The notes beneath the pieces are model-generated. The model searched no databases, was not told the origin of the DNA, and was given only the letters and a program-made list of their open reading frames with translations. DNA of 64,000 bases from assembly GCA_005791875.1 (NCBI GenBank), contig SXTU01000063.1, forward strand, positions 15,347 through 79,346. The letters run 5' to 3'. The DNA is from Verrucomicrobiales bacterium. GTDB lineage: Bacteria > Verrucomicrobiota > Verrucomicrobiia > Limisphaerales > SXTU01. Positions within the stretch are counted from its first letter, which is position 1, and every line of letters starts with the position of its first letter. A program made the translations under genes and the position numbers. Below, one piece after another: positions 17,770 to 27,983 of the stretch.

Positions 17770-20700
17770 ATGACGCTTCGACTGACCCTCGCCACCGCCC
17801 TCGGGCTGGCGTTTCCACTTGCCATCGCCGCCGCGGCGCCGTCGCCCGAGGGCGTGGCTTTCTTCGAGCAGAAGATCCGGCCCGTGCTGCTCGCCGCCTG
17901 TTACGAGTGCCACTCGGCGGAGGCGAAGGCGAAGGGTAAGTTGAAGGGCGGTCTCTTCCTCGACACGCGCGCTGCGCTGCTGACCGGCGGCGATGAAGGT
18001 CCGGTTCTCGTGCCTGGCAAACCGGACGACAGCCTGCTCATCAAGGCGCTGCGCTGGTCGCGCGAGGACCTGCATATGCCGCCGAAGAAGAAACTGCCGC
18101 CCGAGGTCATCGCGGACTTCGAGAAGTGGATCGCGATGGGTGCGCCCGACCCGCGCACCGGTGAGGTGGCCAAGGCGCGGCGCGAAATCAACATCCCGCA
18201 AGCCCGCGACTACTGGGCCTTCCGTCCGCTCAAGCCGGTGGCGGTCCCGTCGGTGAAGAATGCGGCATGGGCGAAGACGCCGATTGACCGGTTCATCCTC
18301 GCGAAGCAAGAGGCGGCGAAGGTCACGGCCAGCAAACCCATCGCGCGCGAACAGTTGCTGCGGCGCGCGACCTTCGACCTCACCGGCTTGCCGCCGACGC
18401 CGGAGGAAATCGCGGCCTTCTCTGCCGACGCCTCGCCGACCGCGCTTGCTTCTGTTGTGAACAAGCTGCTGGCGAAGTCCACTTACGGCGAGCGCTGGGG
18501 CCGGCACTGGCTGGACGTGGTGCGCTACGCCGAGAGCAACGGCTACGAGTTCGATGCCTTCCGCCCCGGCGCGTTCCACTATCGCGATTGGGTCATCCGC
18601 GCGCTCAACGACGGGATGCCTTACGACCGCTTCATCCGCTGGCAGCTCGCGGGCGACCGGCTTCAGCCGGAAACCATCGCGGGCGCGAGCGCCACGGGCT
18701 TTCTCGTCGCCGGCCCGTATCCCGGCCAAATCACAGCCAAGACCATCGAGCGCATCCGCTACGACCAACTCGACGACATGGTCTCGACCATCGGCAGCGG
18801 CTTCCTCGGCCTCACGTTTGGCTGCGTGCGCTGCCACGACCACAAATACGACCCGATTCCCCAGACCGATTACTACGGCATCGCCGCCGCGCTCGCGCGC
18901 ACCGTGCATGGCGAGCTGAAGATTGACCGCGCCCACGAGGAAACGCAGCGCAAGCTCGCGGCGCACAAGCTGGCGGGCGAGCCGTTGCAGGCCGCACTGA
19001 AACAGTTTGAAGCCGAACAGTTCCCCGTGCGTTTCGCCAAGTTTCAGTCAACGGAAGCCGCCTTGTCCACGAACGCCGCACCCTGGCAGATGTGCGATGT
19101 GACCTCCGCCGCTGCGACCTCCGCCTCGCTCGCCATCGCGCGCGACGGCGCGGTGCGCTACGTGGGCAACAAAACCAAGGACGACACTTACACCGTGAAG
19201 GCGGTGACGTATCAGCGCGGCTTGCGCGCGTTCCGACTCGACGCCTTGGCCGATGCGGAGTCGCCCGCGAAAGGCCCGGGGCTTTCGGACAACGGCAACT
19301 TCGTCCTCAGCGAATTCAAGGTCACGGCCCGCCCGCTCGACCCGAAGTCGAAGGCCAAACCGGTCACCGCCAAGGTCAAGGCCACCGCCGCCACCTTCGA
19401 GCAAAATAACTACCCGCTCGCCGCCGTCACGGATAACAAGCGGGGCTCGGGCTGGGCCGTCGCGCCCGAGTTCGGCAAGAACCACGCGGCCGTTTTCGAA
19501 ATCGAAGGCGAGCCGTTCGGGTTCGAGGGCGGCACGGAACTCGAGTTCCAGCTCGTGTTCAAAGGCAACTTCGGCCTCGGGAAATTGCGGCTTGGCTTCA
19601 GCAACGGCGACAAGACTCCGGCCCTGTCCGATGTGAAAGGCGAGCAGGCGTTACAGGAGTTGAGCACCACGCTGGCCGCGACCGGTGGCTCGCTGAACGC
19701 CACGAACCGCCCGGCATTGTTCCGCTGGTTCACGCGCTTTGATACCGACGCCGAGCGGTTGCGAAACGCCGTCCGCGACCACGACGCGAAACTACCGAAG
19801 CCTGATTTGGTGCCCGTGTATTCCACGAAAGCCGGCGGGCAGGACGTTCACCTGCTGCGGCGCGGCGAGGTGGATGCCAAGGTCGCCAAGGCCGACCCAA
19901 ATTATCTTCAAGTGCTTAACACCGCCGCCGACGGCGCGAAGCGCTGGCTCCCGAAGCCCGAGGCCGACCCCCGCATCGCCCTCGGCGACTGGCTCACGGA
20001 CGCGCAGCACGGCGCGGGCAGCCTGCTCGCGCGTGTGATGGTGAATCGCGTTTGGCAACATCACTTCGGGCGCGGCCTCGTCGCGACGCCGAACGACTTC
20101 GGTGTGCAAGGCAAGCCGCCGACGCATCCCGAGTTGCTCGACTGGCTCGCGGGCGAGTTCGTGCGCGGCGGCTGGCAGCTCAAGCCGTTGCACCAGCTCA
20201 TCATGGCAAGCGCGGTTTATCAGCAAGGCGCGGAGCTGAAGCCGGCGAATCTCAAGGCCGACCCCGAGAACAAACTCTGGTGGCATCGCCCCGCGCGTCG
20301 TCTCGAAGCCGAGGCCATCCGCGACGCGCTTTTGACCGTCGGCGGTCGGCTCGATGAAAAACTCTACGGCCCGAGCGAGACGAACTACGAGTCACCGCGC
20401 CGCAGCGTTTATCTCCGGGTGAAGCGCAGTGAACTCATCCCTTTCCTCACGCTCTTCGACGCGCCCGAGCCAGCGGCGAGTGTCGGAGAACGCGGCGCGA
20501 CGACCCTGCCCACGCAGGCGCTCGCGATGATGAACTCGACCTTCGTCCGCGACATCGCTGACCGGCTCACGAAGCGCGTGCTCCAGCCCGGCGTCGAGCC
20601 AACCGCAGCCATCGCACAGGCCAGCCGCATCGCGCTCGGCCGCGCGCCGACTCCCGCCGAGCAGGCGCGGCTCGTGAAGTTCTACGAGCAGCAGCTTGAG

Positions 20701-20814
20701 CTGCTCGGCCCGCCGTCCGCCGACCCGAAGGCCACCGCCGCGCAAACCACCCGCGCCCTCACCGAAACCTGCCTCGTCCTGCTCTGCATGAACGAGTTCA
20801 TCTACGTGGATTGA
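17770..20814 (+). CDS. PSCyt1/DUF1549/DUF1553 (planctomycete cytochrome-c-like PSD1) family protein
   Basis: Signal peptide from MTLRLTLATALGLAFPLAIAAA. CYECHS heme-binding motif. RRATFDLTGLPPTPEEI (DUF1549). CVRCHDHKYDPI. DUF1553 C-terminus ending MNEFIYVD. Confidence 0.9.
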   Translation: MTLRLTLATALGLAFPLAIAAAAPSPEGVAFFEQKIRPVLLAACYECHSAEAKAKGKLKGGLFLDTRAALLTGGDEGPVLVPGKPDDSLLIKALRWSREDLHMPPKKKLPPEVIADFEKWIAMGAPDPRTGEVAKARREINIPQARDYWAFRPLKPVAVPSVKNAAWAKTPIDRFILAKQEAAKVTASKPIAREQLLRRATFDLTGLPPTPEEIAAFSADASPTALASVVNKLLAKSTYGERWGRHWLDVVRYAESNGYEFDAFRPGAFHYRDWVIRALNDGMPYDRFIRWQLAGDRLQPETIAGASATGFLVAGPYPGQITAKTIERIRYDQLDDMVSTIGSGFLGLTFGCVRCHDHKYDPIPQTDYYGIAAALARTVHGELKIDRAHEETQRKLAAHKLAGEPLQAALKQFEAEQFPVRFAKFQSTEAALSTNAAPWQMCDVTSAAATSASLAIARDGAVRYVGNKTKDDTYTVKAVTYQRGLRAFRLDALADAESPAKGPGLSDNGNFVLSEFKVTARPLDPKSKAKPVTAKVKATAATFEQNNYPLAAVTDNKRGSGWAVAPEFGKNHAAVFEIEGEPFGFEGGTELEFQLVFKGNFGLGKLRLGFSNGDKTPALSDVKGEQALQELSTTLAATGGSLNATNRPALFRWFTRFDTDAERLRNAVRDHDAKLPKPDLVPVYSTKAGGQDVHLLRRGEVDAKVAKADPNYLQVLNTAADGAKRWLPKPEADPRIALGDWLTDAQHGAGSLLARVMVNRVWQHHFGRGLVATPNDFGVQGKPPTHPELLDWLAGEFVRGGWQLKPLHQLIMASAVYQQGAELKPANLKADPENKLWWHRPARRLEAEAIRDALLTVGGRLDEKLYGPSETNYESPRRSVYLRVKRSELIPFLTLFDAPEPAASVGERGATTLPTQALAMMNSTFVRDIADRLTKRVLQPGVEPTAAIAQASRIALGRAPTPAEQARLVKFYEQQLELLGPPSADPKATAAQTTRALTETCLVLLCMNEFIYVD

Positions 20815-20817
20815 TTT

Positions 20818-22260
20818 ATGTTCGGCCAATACGCTCCCAACGAACTCGCCTTGCCATCCCGCCGCAGCTTCCTCCAGCGCTCCGGCTTCGGCCTCGGCTC
20901 TGTCGCGCTCGGCACCTTGCTGCACGAAGCCAAAGCTGCGCCGGTGAACCCGCTCGCCGCGCGCCCGCCGCTGTTCCCCGCCAAGGCCAAGCGCATCGTG
21001 TGGCTGTTCATGACCGGCGCGCCGTCGCAGGTGGACACATGGGATTACAAACCCGAGCTGCAGAAGCGCAACGGTGAAGTCCTACCGGGCAGCGACCCGA
21101 AGACCGGCTTCTTCACCACCAGCGGAAAGATTCTCAAGTCACCCTTCGGCTGGAACCAGCATGGCCGCTCCGGCGCGTGGGTCTCGGACATTCTCCCGCA
21201 CCTTTCGCATCATGTGGACGACATGGCGTTCATCCACTCAATGCACCTGCGTGCGAATAACCACGCCCCCGCCTCGATGGAGCTCATGTGCGGCGTGGAC
21301 CGGCCCGGCCTGCCCAGCGCCGGCGCGTGGGTGACTTACGGACTCGGGGCGGACAACCAGAACCTCCCCGCGTTCGTCGTGCTGCACGAGACACGCCCGC
21401 GCGGCGACGACCAGATTTGGAGCGCGGGCTTCCTGCCAAAAACTTATCAAGCCCTCACGCTCGACGCCCGGCGCAAAGAGGCGATTGATAATCTTGCCCG
21501 CGCGAAGGATGAATCGGAAACGCAGCAGCGCGCGACGCTCGACTTGCTGGGCTCACTCAACCGCGACCACGCGCAGGCCCGGCCAACGCAGGCCGATTTG
21601 CTTTCGCGCATCAACTCCTTCGAGCTGGCCTATCGGATGCAGATGGCCGCGCCCGAGGCGATGGACATTGCGAACGAGTCCGCCGCGACGCGCCAGCTTT
21701 ACGGCGTGGACAATAAGGAGACGCAAACCTTTGGCCGCCAGTGCCTCATCGCGCGCCGGCTGCTGGAGCGCGGCGTGCGCTTCGTGCAAATCTTCGCCGG
21801 TAAGGGCACGGGCGGCGACGGCAGCGTGAACGACGTGCCGTGGGACGGGCACAACAACATCGAGACGAACCACCGCTCCTGCGGTGCCGCGACGGACCAG
21901 CCCGCCGCCGCGTTGCTCACGGACCTCAAGATGCGCGGGATGCTGGAAGACACCATCGTCGTGTGGGGCGGCGAGTTTGGGCGCACGAGCGATTCGCAGG
22001 GCAGCTTGGGCCGCGACCACAACCCGAAAGGCTTCACCATCTGGCTGGCTGGCGGCGGCGTGAAGGGCGGCGTCCACTACGGCGCGACGGACGAGTTCGG
22101 CTACAAGGCGGTCGAGGACAAGGTCCACGGCAACGACCTGCATGCGACGATTCTCCACCTGCTCGGCATGGACCACGAGAAGCTGACCTACCGCCACAAC
22201 GGCCGCGACTACCGGCTCACGGACGTGGGTGGAAACTTGATTCGTGAGATTCTCGCGTGA
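20818..22260 (+). CDS. DUF1501 (sulfatase-fold) protein with Tat signal
   Basis: SRRSFLQRSGFGLGSVALG twin-arginine signal. Family blocks VWLFMTGAPSQVDTWDYKP, GRDHNPKGFTIWLAGGG and HATILHLLG. Starts 4 nt after the upstream DUF1553 gene. Confidence 0.9.
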   Translation: MFGQYAPNELALPSRRSFLQRSGFGLGSVALGTLLHEAKAAPVNPLAARPPLFPAKAKRIVWLFMTGAPSQVDTWDYKPELQKRNGEVLPGSDPKTGFFTTSGKILKSPFGWNQHGRSGAWVSDILPHLSHHVDDMAFIHSMHLRANNHAPASMELMCGVDRPGLPSAGAWVTYGLGADNQNLPAFVVLHETRPRGDDQIWSAGFLPKTYQALTLDARRKEAIDNLARAKDESETQQRATLDLLGSLNRDHAQARPTQADLLSRINSFELAYRMQMAAPEAMDIANESAATRQLYGVDNKETQTFGRQCLIARRLLERGVRFVQIFAGKGTGGDGSVNDVPWDGHNNIETNHRSCGAATDQPAAALLTDLKMRGMLEDTIVVWGGEFGRTSDSQGSLGRDHNPKGFTIWLAGGGVKGGVHYGATDEFGYKAVEDKVHGNDLHATILHLLGMDHEKLTYRHNGRDYRLTDVGGNLIREILA

Positions 22261-25200
22261 GCGCAACGCCCCCGTGAAGGCAGCCGCGCCCATCCTCATC
22301 CTGCTGGTCTTTCTCGGTGTGGCGCGATTGTCCGCCGCGCCGGCGGAGGGATTGTCGGAGGAGACATTCCGCAAGCGCACAGAATGGTGGAGCCTGCAAC
22401 CCATCCGCTCGCCCGGCTTGCCAACGGCCAAACAAGTAGCTTGGTGCCGCACAGACCTCGACCGCTTCGTCCTCGCCGGCCTTGAGAAATCCAGATTGAA
22501 GCCCGCGCCGGAAGCCGACGCGCGCACGCTCGCCCGCCGCCTGAGCTTCGCGCTCACGGGCCTGCCGCCGCGCCCGGAGGACGTGGAAGCGTTCGTCCGC
22601 GCCAGCTCACTTTCTCACTCTCCCGCTTTCTCACCTGCCAGCGGAGCAGGTGAGAAAGTGGGAAAGCGGGAGAGTGAGACCGCCTACGACGCACTCGTGG
22701 ACTCGCTCCTCGCCAGCCCGCAATTCGGCGAGCGCTGGGCGCGGCATTGGATGGATGTCGTCCACTACGCCGACACCCACGGCTACGAATGGGACGCGCC
22801 CGCCAAGCACGCTTGGCGTTACCGTGATTATCTTGTCCGCGCCTTCAACGCGGACGTGCCCTTCAAGCAACTCGCCCTCGAACAACTCGCCGGCGACCTC
22901 CTCCCGCTTCGCGTGGACCCGTGCACTGGTTTGAACGAAGCCATCCTCGGCCCCATGTCGCTGCGCCTTGGCGAGCGTCGGCACGGCGACAACGCCGCCG
23001 CCGAAGGTGTCACGCAGGAAGCCATCGCCAACATCATCGACACGGTCAGCAAGGGCTTTCTCGGCACCACCGTCGCCTGCGCGCAGTGCCACGACCACAA
23101 GCTCGATGCCATTTCCCAACGCGACTACTACGCGCTCGCTGGCATCTTCATGAGCACCCGCTGGGGCGCACGCAGCGCGGACGCCGTGGACCCGAATCTC
23201 GAAGTGCTCGCCGAGCTCCGCCGCCACAAGCAGTCCCTCCGCGGCGAGTTGGCGAAACTCTGGCTCAACTCGCGCGAGCCGCTGGTGGCAAAACTCGCCG
23301 CACTTCCCGCAGACGAGAAACCATCGCCCGCCTTCCCCGACTCGCTCGCGTCGTTCTGGCGACAGACGTTGCTCCGCTCGACCAATGGCGTCGCCCTCGC
23401 CACGGCGTGGCCGAAACTGCGCGAGGAGTTTCAGCGCGAGCGCGAGAAGCGCGTCGCCGCGAACCAGACGAACCTCGCCCTAGTCGCCGACTTCACCCGC
23501 GCGGGCATGGAGTGCGGCTGGCGCTGGGACGGCTCCGGCATGAAGCACGGCCTCGTCCGCGACGGCGAGCCCGTCGTGGCCGATGAGGGCGAAGCCGCGC
23601 TCGCGCAACTTCTCCCCGCCGGCCGCTGGTCGCACGCGTGGTCGCAGCGTCTTGCGGGCGCGGTGCGCAGCCCGCTCTTTGCGCCGGAGACGGCGGTGAC
23701 TTTCTCCGCTGGCTACGCGGCCGGGAGGCACGCCGCGCGCGCGTTCATCGTGGACCAGGCGTTTCATTCCGAGCGCCTCGCCTTCCTCAATCAGCCGCAG
23801 CCCGCGTGGCTCACGCTCACCGCCGGCAACTTCGACAAACTCGCCGGCGGCAACGACACCAGCCGCGCCCGCCGCGTCTATCTCGAACTCGCCACCAAGT
23901 CGCTGAACAACTACTTCCCGCCACGCACCGGCTACGGTGGCCTCAAGGAAACCGACGTGGCCGACGAGCGCTCGTGGTTCGGCCTCACGCGCGTTTACCA
24001 GCACGCCGCCGGCAAACCGCCGCAGGATGAACTCGCGCGCTTCGCCCCGCTCTTCGCTAACGAGGCCGCGCCCGAGTCGAAGGAGCAACTCGCTGCGCGC
24101 TTGGCCGATGTGTTGCTCGCCGCCGTCAGGCGTTGGGCCGAGGACCGCTGCGACAGCGAGGATGTGCGCGTGCTCAACGAAGCCCTCGCCGCCAAGTGGC
24201 TGCCGAACGAATCCACCAACGCCGCGCTCGCGCCACTCGTGGCCGCCTATCGCGCGACCGAGAAGCGTCTCCAGCCCGACCGCACCATCGGCTCGGCGGA
24301 CGACTGGAACGAGGCCCGCGACGAACGCCTCAGCGTGCGCGGTGGCTACACCGACTTCGGCGACGCCGTGCCGCGCGGCAACATCCGCCTCCTCGGCGGC
24401 CCGGCCACGCGAGACGTTCTCGATTCGAGCGGACGGCTCGAACTCGCCCGCAGCATCGCCAGCGACACTAACCCGCTCACCGCGCGCGTCTTCGTGAACC
24501 GCGTGTGGCTGCACCTCTTCGGCGAGGGCCTTGTGCGCACGCCGGATGACTTCGGCCACCTCGGCGAAAAGCCCGTTCATCCCGAACTGCTCGATTATCT
24601 CGCCGCGCGCTTCGTGGCCGAGGGCTGGTCGCTCAAGAAACTGGTGCGCCTCATGGTCACGTCCGCGACGTGGCGGCAGGCCAGCACGACGAGCGCGGCG
24701 GCCCTCACCAAGGATGCGGAGAATCGCCTGTGGCATCATTTCCCCCAGCAGCGACTCGACGCCGAGTCCATCCGCGACGCGCTGCTCGCCGTCTCCGGCC
24801 GCCTCGACCCCGCGTTGGGCGGCGAGCCGATTGACTCCTATCGCACCGCGCAGGACGCGGCGAAGCGCCTTTTCAGCGGGCCGCTCGATGGGTTGGGTCG
24901 CCGCAGCCTCTACTTGAAGATGACCTTGATGGAGCCGCCCAAGTTCCTCGCGCTCTTCAACCAGCCCATCCCCAAGCTCACCACCGGCAAGCGCGACGTG
25001 ACCAACGTCCCCGACCAGGCGCTCGCGTTGCTCAACGACCCGTTCGTCCTCGCGATGGCGAAGCACTGGGGCGACCGCGTGCTCAAGGACGGCGCAACCA
25101 CTCCCGAGGCGCGGGCCAAGGCGATGTTCGCCACCGCGCTCGGCCGCCCGCCACGCGACGAGGAGCTGTCACGACTCGTGAAGCTCGCGTCGCGCTCGGC

Positions 25201-25306
25201 GGAACTGCACGGCCTCGCGCCCGGTGCGCTCATGGCCTGCGCGCCCGTCTGGCACGACGTGGCGCACGCGCTGTTCAACGTGAAGGAGTTCATCTATGTC
25301 CACTGA
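22244..25306 (+). CDS. DUF1549/DUF1553 family protein (no N-terminal PSCyt1 heme motif)
   Basis: RRLSFALTGLPPRPEDVEAF, GERWARHWMD, CAQCHDHKLD, and a C-terminus ending KEFIYVH. An alternative GTG start at 22274 gives a cleaner signal peptide, MKAAAPILILLVFLGVARLSAAP. Confidence 0.9.
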   Translation: MRFSRERNAPVKAAAPILILLVFLGVARLSAAPAEGLSEETFRKRTEWWSLQPIRSPGLPTAKQVAWCRTDLDRFVLAGLEKSRLKPAPEADARTLARRLSFALTGLPPRPEDVEAFVRASSLSHSPAFSPASGAGEKVGKRESETAYDALVDSLLASPQFGERWARHWMDVVHYADTHGYEWDAPAKHAWRYRDYLVRAFNADVPFKQLALEQLAGDLLPLRVDPCTGLNEAILGPMSLRLGERRHGDNAAAEGVTQEAIANIIDTVSKGFLGTTVACAQCHDHKLDAISQRDYYALAGIFMSTRWGARSADAVDPNLEVLAELRRHKQSLRGELAKLWLNSREPLVAKLAALPADEKPSPAFPDSLASFWRQTLLRSTNGVALATAWPKLREEFQREREKRVAANQTNLALVADFTRAGMECGWRWDGSGMKHGLVRDGEPVVADEGEAALAQLLPAGRWSHAWSQRLAGAVRSPLFAPETAVTFSAGYAAGRHAARAFIVDQAFHSERLAFLNQPQPAWLTLTAGNFDKLAGGNDTSRARRVYLELATKSLNNYFPPRTGYGGLKETDVADERSWFGLTRVYQHAAGKPPQDELARFAPLFANEAAPESKEQLAARLADVLLAAVRRWAEDRCDSEDVRVLNEALAAKWLPNESTNAALAPLVAAYRATEKRLQPDRTIGSADDWNEARDERLSVRGGYTDFGDAVPRGNIRLLGGPATRDVLDSSGRLELARSIASDTNPLTARVFVNRVWLHLFGEGLVRTPDDFGHLGEKPVHPELLDYLAARFVAEGWSLKKLVRLMVTSATWRQASTTSAAALTKDAENRLWHHFPQQRLDAESIRDALLAVSGRLDPALGGEPIDSYRTAQDAAKRLFSGPLDGLGRRSLYLKMTLMEPPKFLALFNQPIPKLTTGKRDVTNVPDQALALLNDPFVLAMAKHWGDRVLKDGATTPEARAKAMFATALGRPPRDEELSRLVKLASRSAELHGLAPGALMACAPVWHDVAHALFNVKEFIYVH

Positions 25307-25355
25307 AAGGAACTTGAGCTGTGTTGGCACGGGCGTTCTGGCTGGACGCGCGCTC

Positions 25356-25490
25356 CTCCCTCACCCCGGCCCTCTCACGCTGTGAAAGGGAGAATCGCAG
25401 TCCGCGTCCGGTGTCGCTGAATCGTCCAGTGAGTCGAACAGCTGTCGAACTGGCTCCCTCTCCCAGCGGGAGTGGGCCGGGGTGAGGGAG
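25356..25490. repeat. inverted-repeat element between the DUF1553 and DUF1501 genes
   Basis: ctccctcaccccggcc (25356-25371) is the exact reverse complement of ggccggggtgagggag (25475-25490). The arms extend imperfectly inward by about 13 nt. Confidence 0.75.
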
Positions 25491-25559
25491 AACGGCTCCG
25501 AACACACAACCAAATCCCGCACACTCGTAACGCGTATTTCCCTCTGCCCCGGTCGCCTC

Positions 25560-26963
25560 GTGCCCGCCGCCACGCGTCGCAGCTTCCTCCAGCAATCCAG
25601 CCTCGGCTTCGGCTGGCTCGCCTTCGCCGGCTTGTTCGGGCGCACAGCGGCCTCAGCCATTCCGCACTCCACATTCCGCACTCCGCATTTCCCGCCCCGC
25701 GCCAAGCACGTCATCTTTCTCTTCATGGATGGCGGCGTGTCGCATGTGGACACCTTCGACCCCAAGCCCGAGCTGACGAAGCGCAACGGCCAGCCCGCGC
25801 AGTGGCGTGCCGATGAGCTTTCCCAGAGCGTCAGCGCGAACCGCAAGTGGCTGAAGAACCAGTGGGAGTTCAAACAGCGCGGCCAGTCCGGCCTGTGGGT
25901 GAGCGACCTCCTGCCGCACATCGCGGGCGTCGCGGATGAGCTTTGCGTCGTGCGCTCGATGGTCGGCGAGACGCCGTTGCACGGCGCGCAGAGCCTGCTG
26001 CTCCACACGGGCCGCAGCATCGGCGCGGCGCCGAGTCTCGGCTCGTGGGTTTCCTACGGCCTCGGCACCGAGAACGAACAGCTCCCGAGCTACATGCTGC
26101 TCAACAACGACTGGGTGCCCAACGGCGGCTCGCAGAACTTCGCCAGCTCGTTCCTCCCCGCGACGCATCAGGCCACGCCCGTCCGCGCTAAGGGCCGGCC
26201 CGTGGACAACATCACGCCCGCCGACCCCGCCGCGTTGCAGCGCGCGAAGCTGGATTTCCTCCGTGAGCAAGACTCGGCCACCGCGAAGTCCCTCGGCGGC
26301 TCCGACGCCATCGAGTCCGCCATCAAGAACTACGAGACCGCCGCGCGGATGCAGTCGCTCGTGCCTTCGCTCTGCGACGTGAGCGGCGAGAGCGCCGAGA
26401 CGCTCCGCCTCTACGGCGTGGACCGCGCGAATGACTTCGACAAGTTCTACGCGCTCCAGTGTCTGCGGGCGCGGCGCATGGTCGAGGCCGGCGTGCGCTT
26501 CATCGAGGTCACCTGCCCGCTCACGCACAACAACAACGCGCCGTGGGACCAGCACGGTGAGTTGCGCAAGCGCCACGAGGAGAACGCTCGCATCACGGAC
26601 CAGCCCGTCGCCGCGCTCATCCGCGACTTGAAGGCGCGCGGCCTGCTCGACGAGACGCTCATCCTCTGGGCCGGCGAGATGGGCCGCACGCCGCACTCCT
26701 CCGGCACGGATGGCCGCGACCACCACGTCAGCGGCTACACCATCTTCATGGCCGGCGGCGGTGTGCGCGGCGGGATGACTTACGGCACCACGGACGAGAT
26801 GGGCATGAGCGCCGTCGAGCACCGCGTGGACATCCACGACCTGCACGCGACCATCCTCCACCAACTCGGCATGGACCACGAACGCCTCACCTTCCGCTTC
26901 GGCGGCCGCGACCAGCGCCTCACGGATGTGCATGGGCGAGTCATCCAAGAGATTCTCACCTGA
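25560..26963 (+). CDS. DUF1501 (sulfatase-fold) protein with Tat signal
   Basis: The track ORF starts at 25482, inside the inverted repeat. GTG at 25560 gives MPAATRRSFLQQSSLGFGWLAFAGLFGRTAASA, a compact Tat signal. Family blocks FLFMDGGVSHVDTFDPKP, GRDHHVSGYTIFMAGGG and HATILHQLG. Confidence 0.85.
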   Translation: MPAATRRSFLQQSSLGFGWLAFAGLFGRTAASAIPHSTFRTPHFPPRAKHVIFLFMDGGVSHVDTFDPKPELTKRNGQPAQWRADELSQSVSANRKWLKNQWEFKQRGQSGLWVSDLLPHIAGVADELCVVRSMVGETPLHGAQSLLLHTGRSIGAAPSLGSWVSYGLGTENEQLPSYMLLNNDWVPNGGSQNFASSFLPATHQATPVRAKGRPVDNITPADPAALQRAKLDFLREQDSATAKSLGGSDAIESAIKNYETAARMQSLVPSLCDVSGESAETLRLYGVDRANDFDKFYALQCLRARRMVEAGVRFIEVTCPLTHNNNAPWDQHGELRKRHEENARITDQPVAALIRDLKARGLLDETLILWAGEMGRTPHSSGTDGRDHHVSGYTIFMAGGGVRGGMTYGTTDEMGMSAVEHRVDIHDLHATILHQLGMDHERLTFRFGGRDQRLTDVHGRVIQEILT

Positions 26964-26997
26964 CGTGTCTGCCTGACACCCACCCACCGAGTCCGAA

Positions 26998-27958
26998 ATG
27001 AAAACTCCGTGCTTCCTCGCACTTGTGCTTGTCGCCAGCCTCCAGCCACTCCACGCGGCAGACGAGCCGATGCAAAAGTAAACCGTTGTTTACAAGCAGG
27101 TGGGCGGCCTCGAGATCAAGGCCGACGTCTTCGCTTTTCGTGACGTGAAGGTGCGCCCGGGTGGTCTGGCTTCACGGCGGCGCGCTTATCAACGGGCATC
27201 GCGAGGGCCTCAGCGCGGCGGTGAAGAACTTCGCGTCCACCAACGGCTACGTGCTGGTCTCCATCGACTACCGCCTCGCGCCGGAAACCAAACTGCCTGG
27301 CATTATCGAAGACGTGGAGGACGCCTTCAAATGGCTCCGTCGCGAGGGGCCGGTGCGGTTCCATCTTGATCCGAATCGCATCGCCGTGACGGGCGGTTCG
27401 GCGGGCGGTTATCTCACGCTCGTCACCGGCCATCGCGTCCAGCCGCGGCCGCGCGTGCTGCTGGCGTTTTGGGGTTACGGCGACTTGGTTGGCGACTGGT
27501 ATGCCGCGCCGAGTCCGCACGCACGCCACAACCAGAAGAAATTCACCGCCGAGGAGGCGTGGCAGCAGGTAGGCGGGCCGCCGGTGGCGGACTCCCGCGA
27601 CCGCAAGGGCGACGGCGGCATCTTCTACAACTGGTGTCGCCAGACCGGGGCATGGCCCAAGGCCGTGACTACTTGGGATCCGCGAGCCGAGCCGGAAAAG
27701 TTTTTCCCCTTCATGCCGGCGAAGAACGTCCGCGCCGGCCATCCGCCCACCGTGCTCATCCACGGCACTACGGACACCGACGTGCCCTTCGAGCAGTCAC
27801 AGATGATGGCGCGGGAGCTTCAGAACCATGGCATCGCGCATCAGTTTCATCAAGTGGCCAATGGCGAACACGGGCTGGCGGGAGCCGCGCGCGGGGAAAT
27901 TGATGAGGCTCACCGCAAGGCCTTCGAGTTCCTGAAGCTGCAACTGGAGCGCCCGTGA
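26998..27958 (+). pseudogene. secreted alpha/beta-hydrolase (Abhydrolase_3 / esterase-lipase type) disrupted by an in-frame TAA and a +1 frameshift
   Basis: ATG 26998 gives the signal MKTPCFLALVLVASLQPLHAADEPMQK, then TAA (27079-27081). The same frame continues TVVYKQVGGLEIKADVFAFRDVKVRP. An extra base in ccggg (27157-27161) shifts into VVWLHGGALING...GGSAGG...IHGTTDTDVP (track ORF 27161..27958). Confidence 0.75.
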
Positions 27959-27983
27959 ACCTGACGGGACGACTCAAGCGTGC

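Noticed and set aside
17635-18966. 443-aa minus-strand ORF. Similar long antisense ORFs occur at 23480..25066, 40944..42197, 50972..52462, 54539..55792, 57217..58137 and 61102..62223.
   Set aside because: Each lies opposite a gene with strong family signatures (DUF1553, DUF1501, sulfatase, ActB, ActC, CcoN-like). They are Arg/Gly/Ala-rich, and start and stop positions are unrelated to their neighbours.
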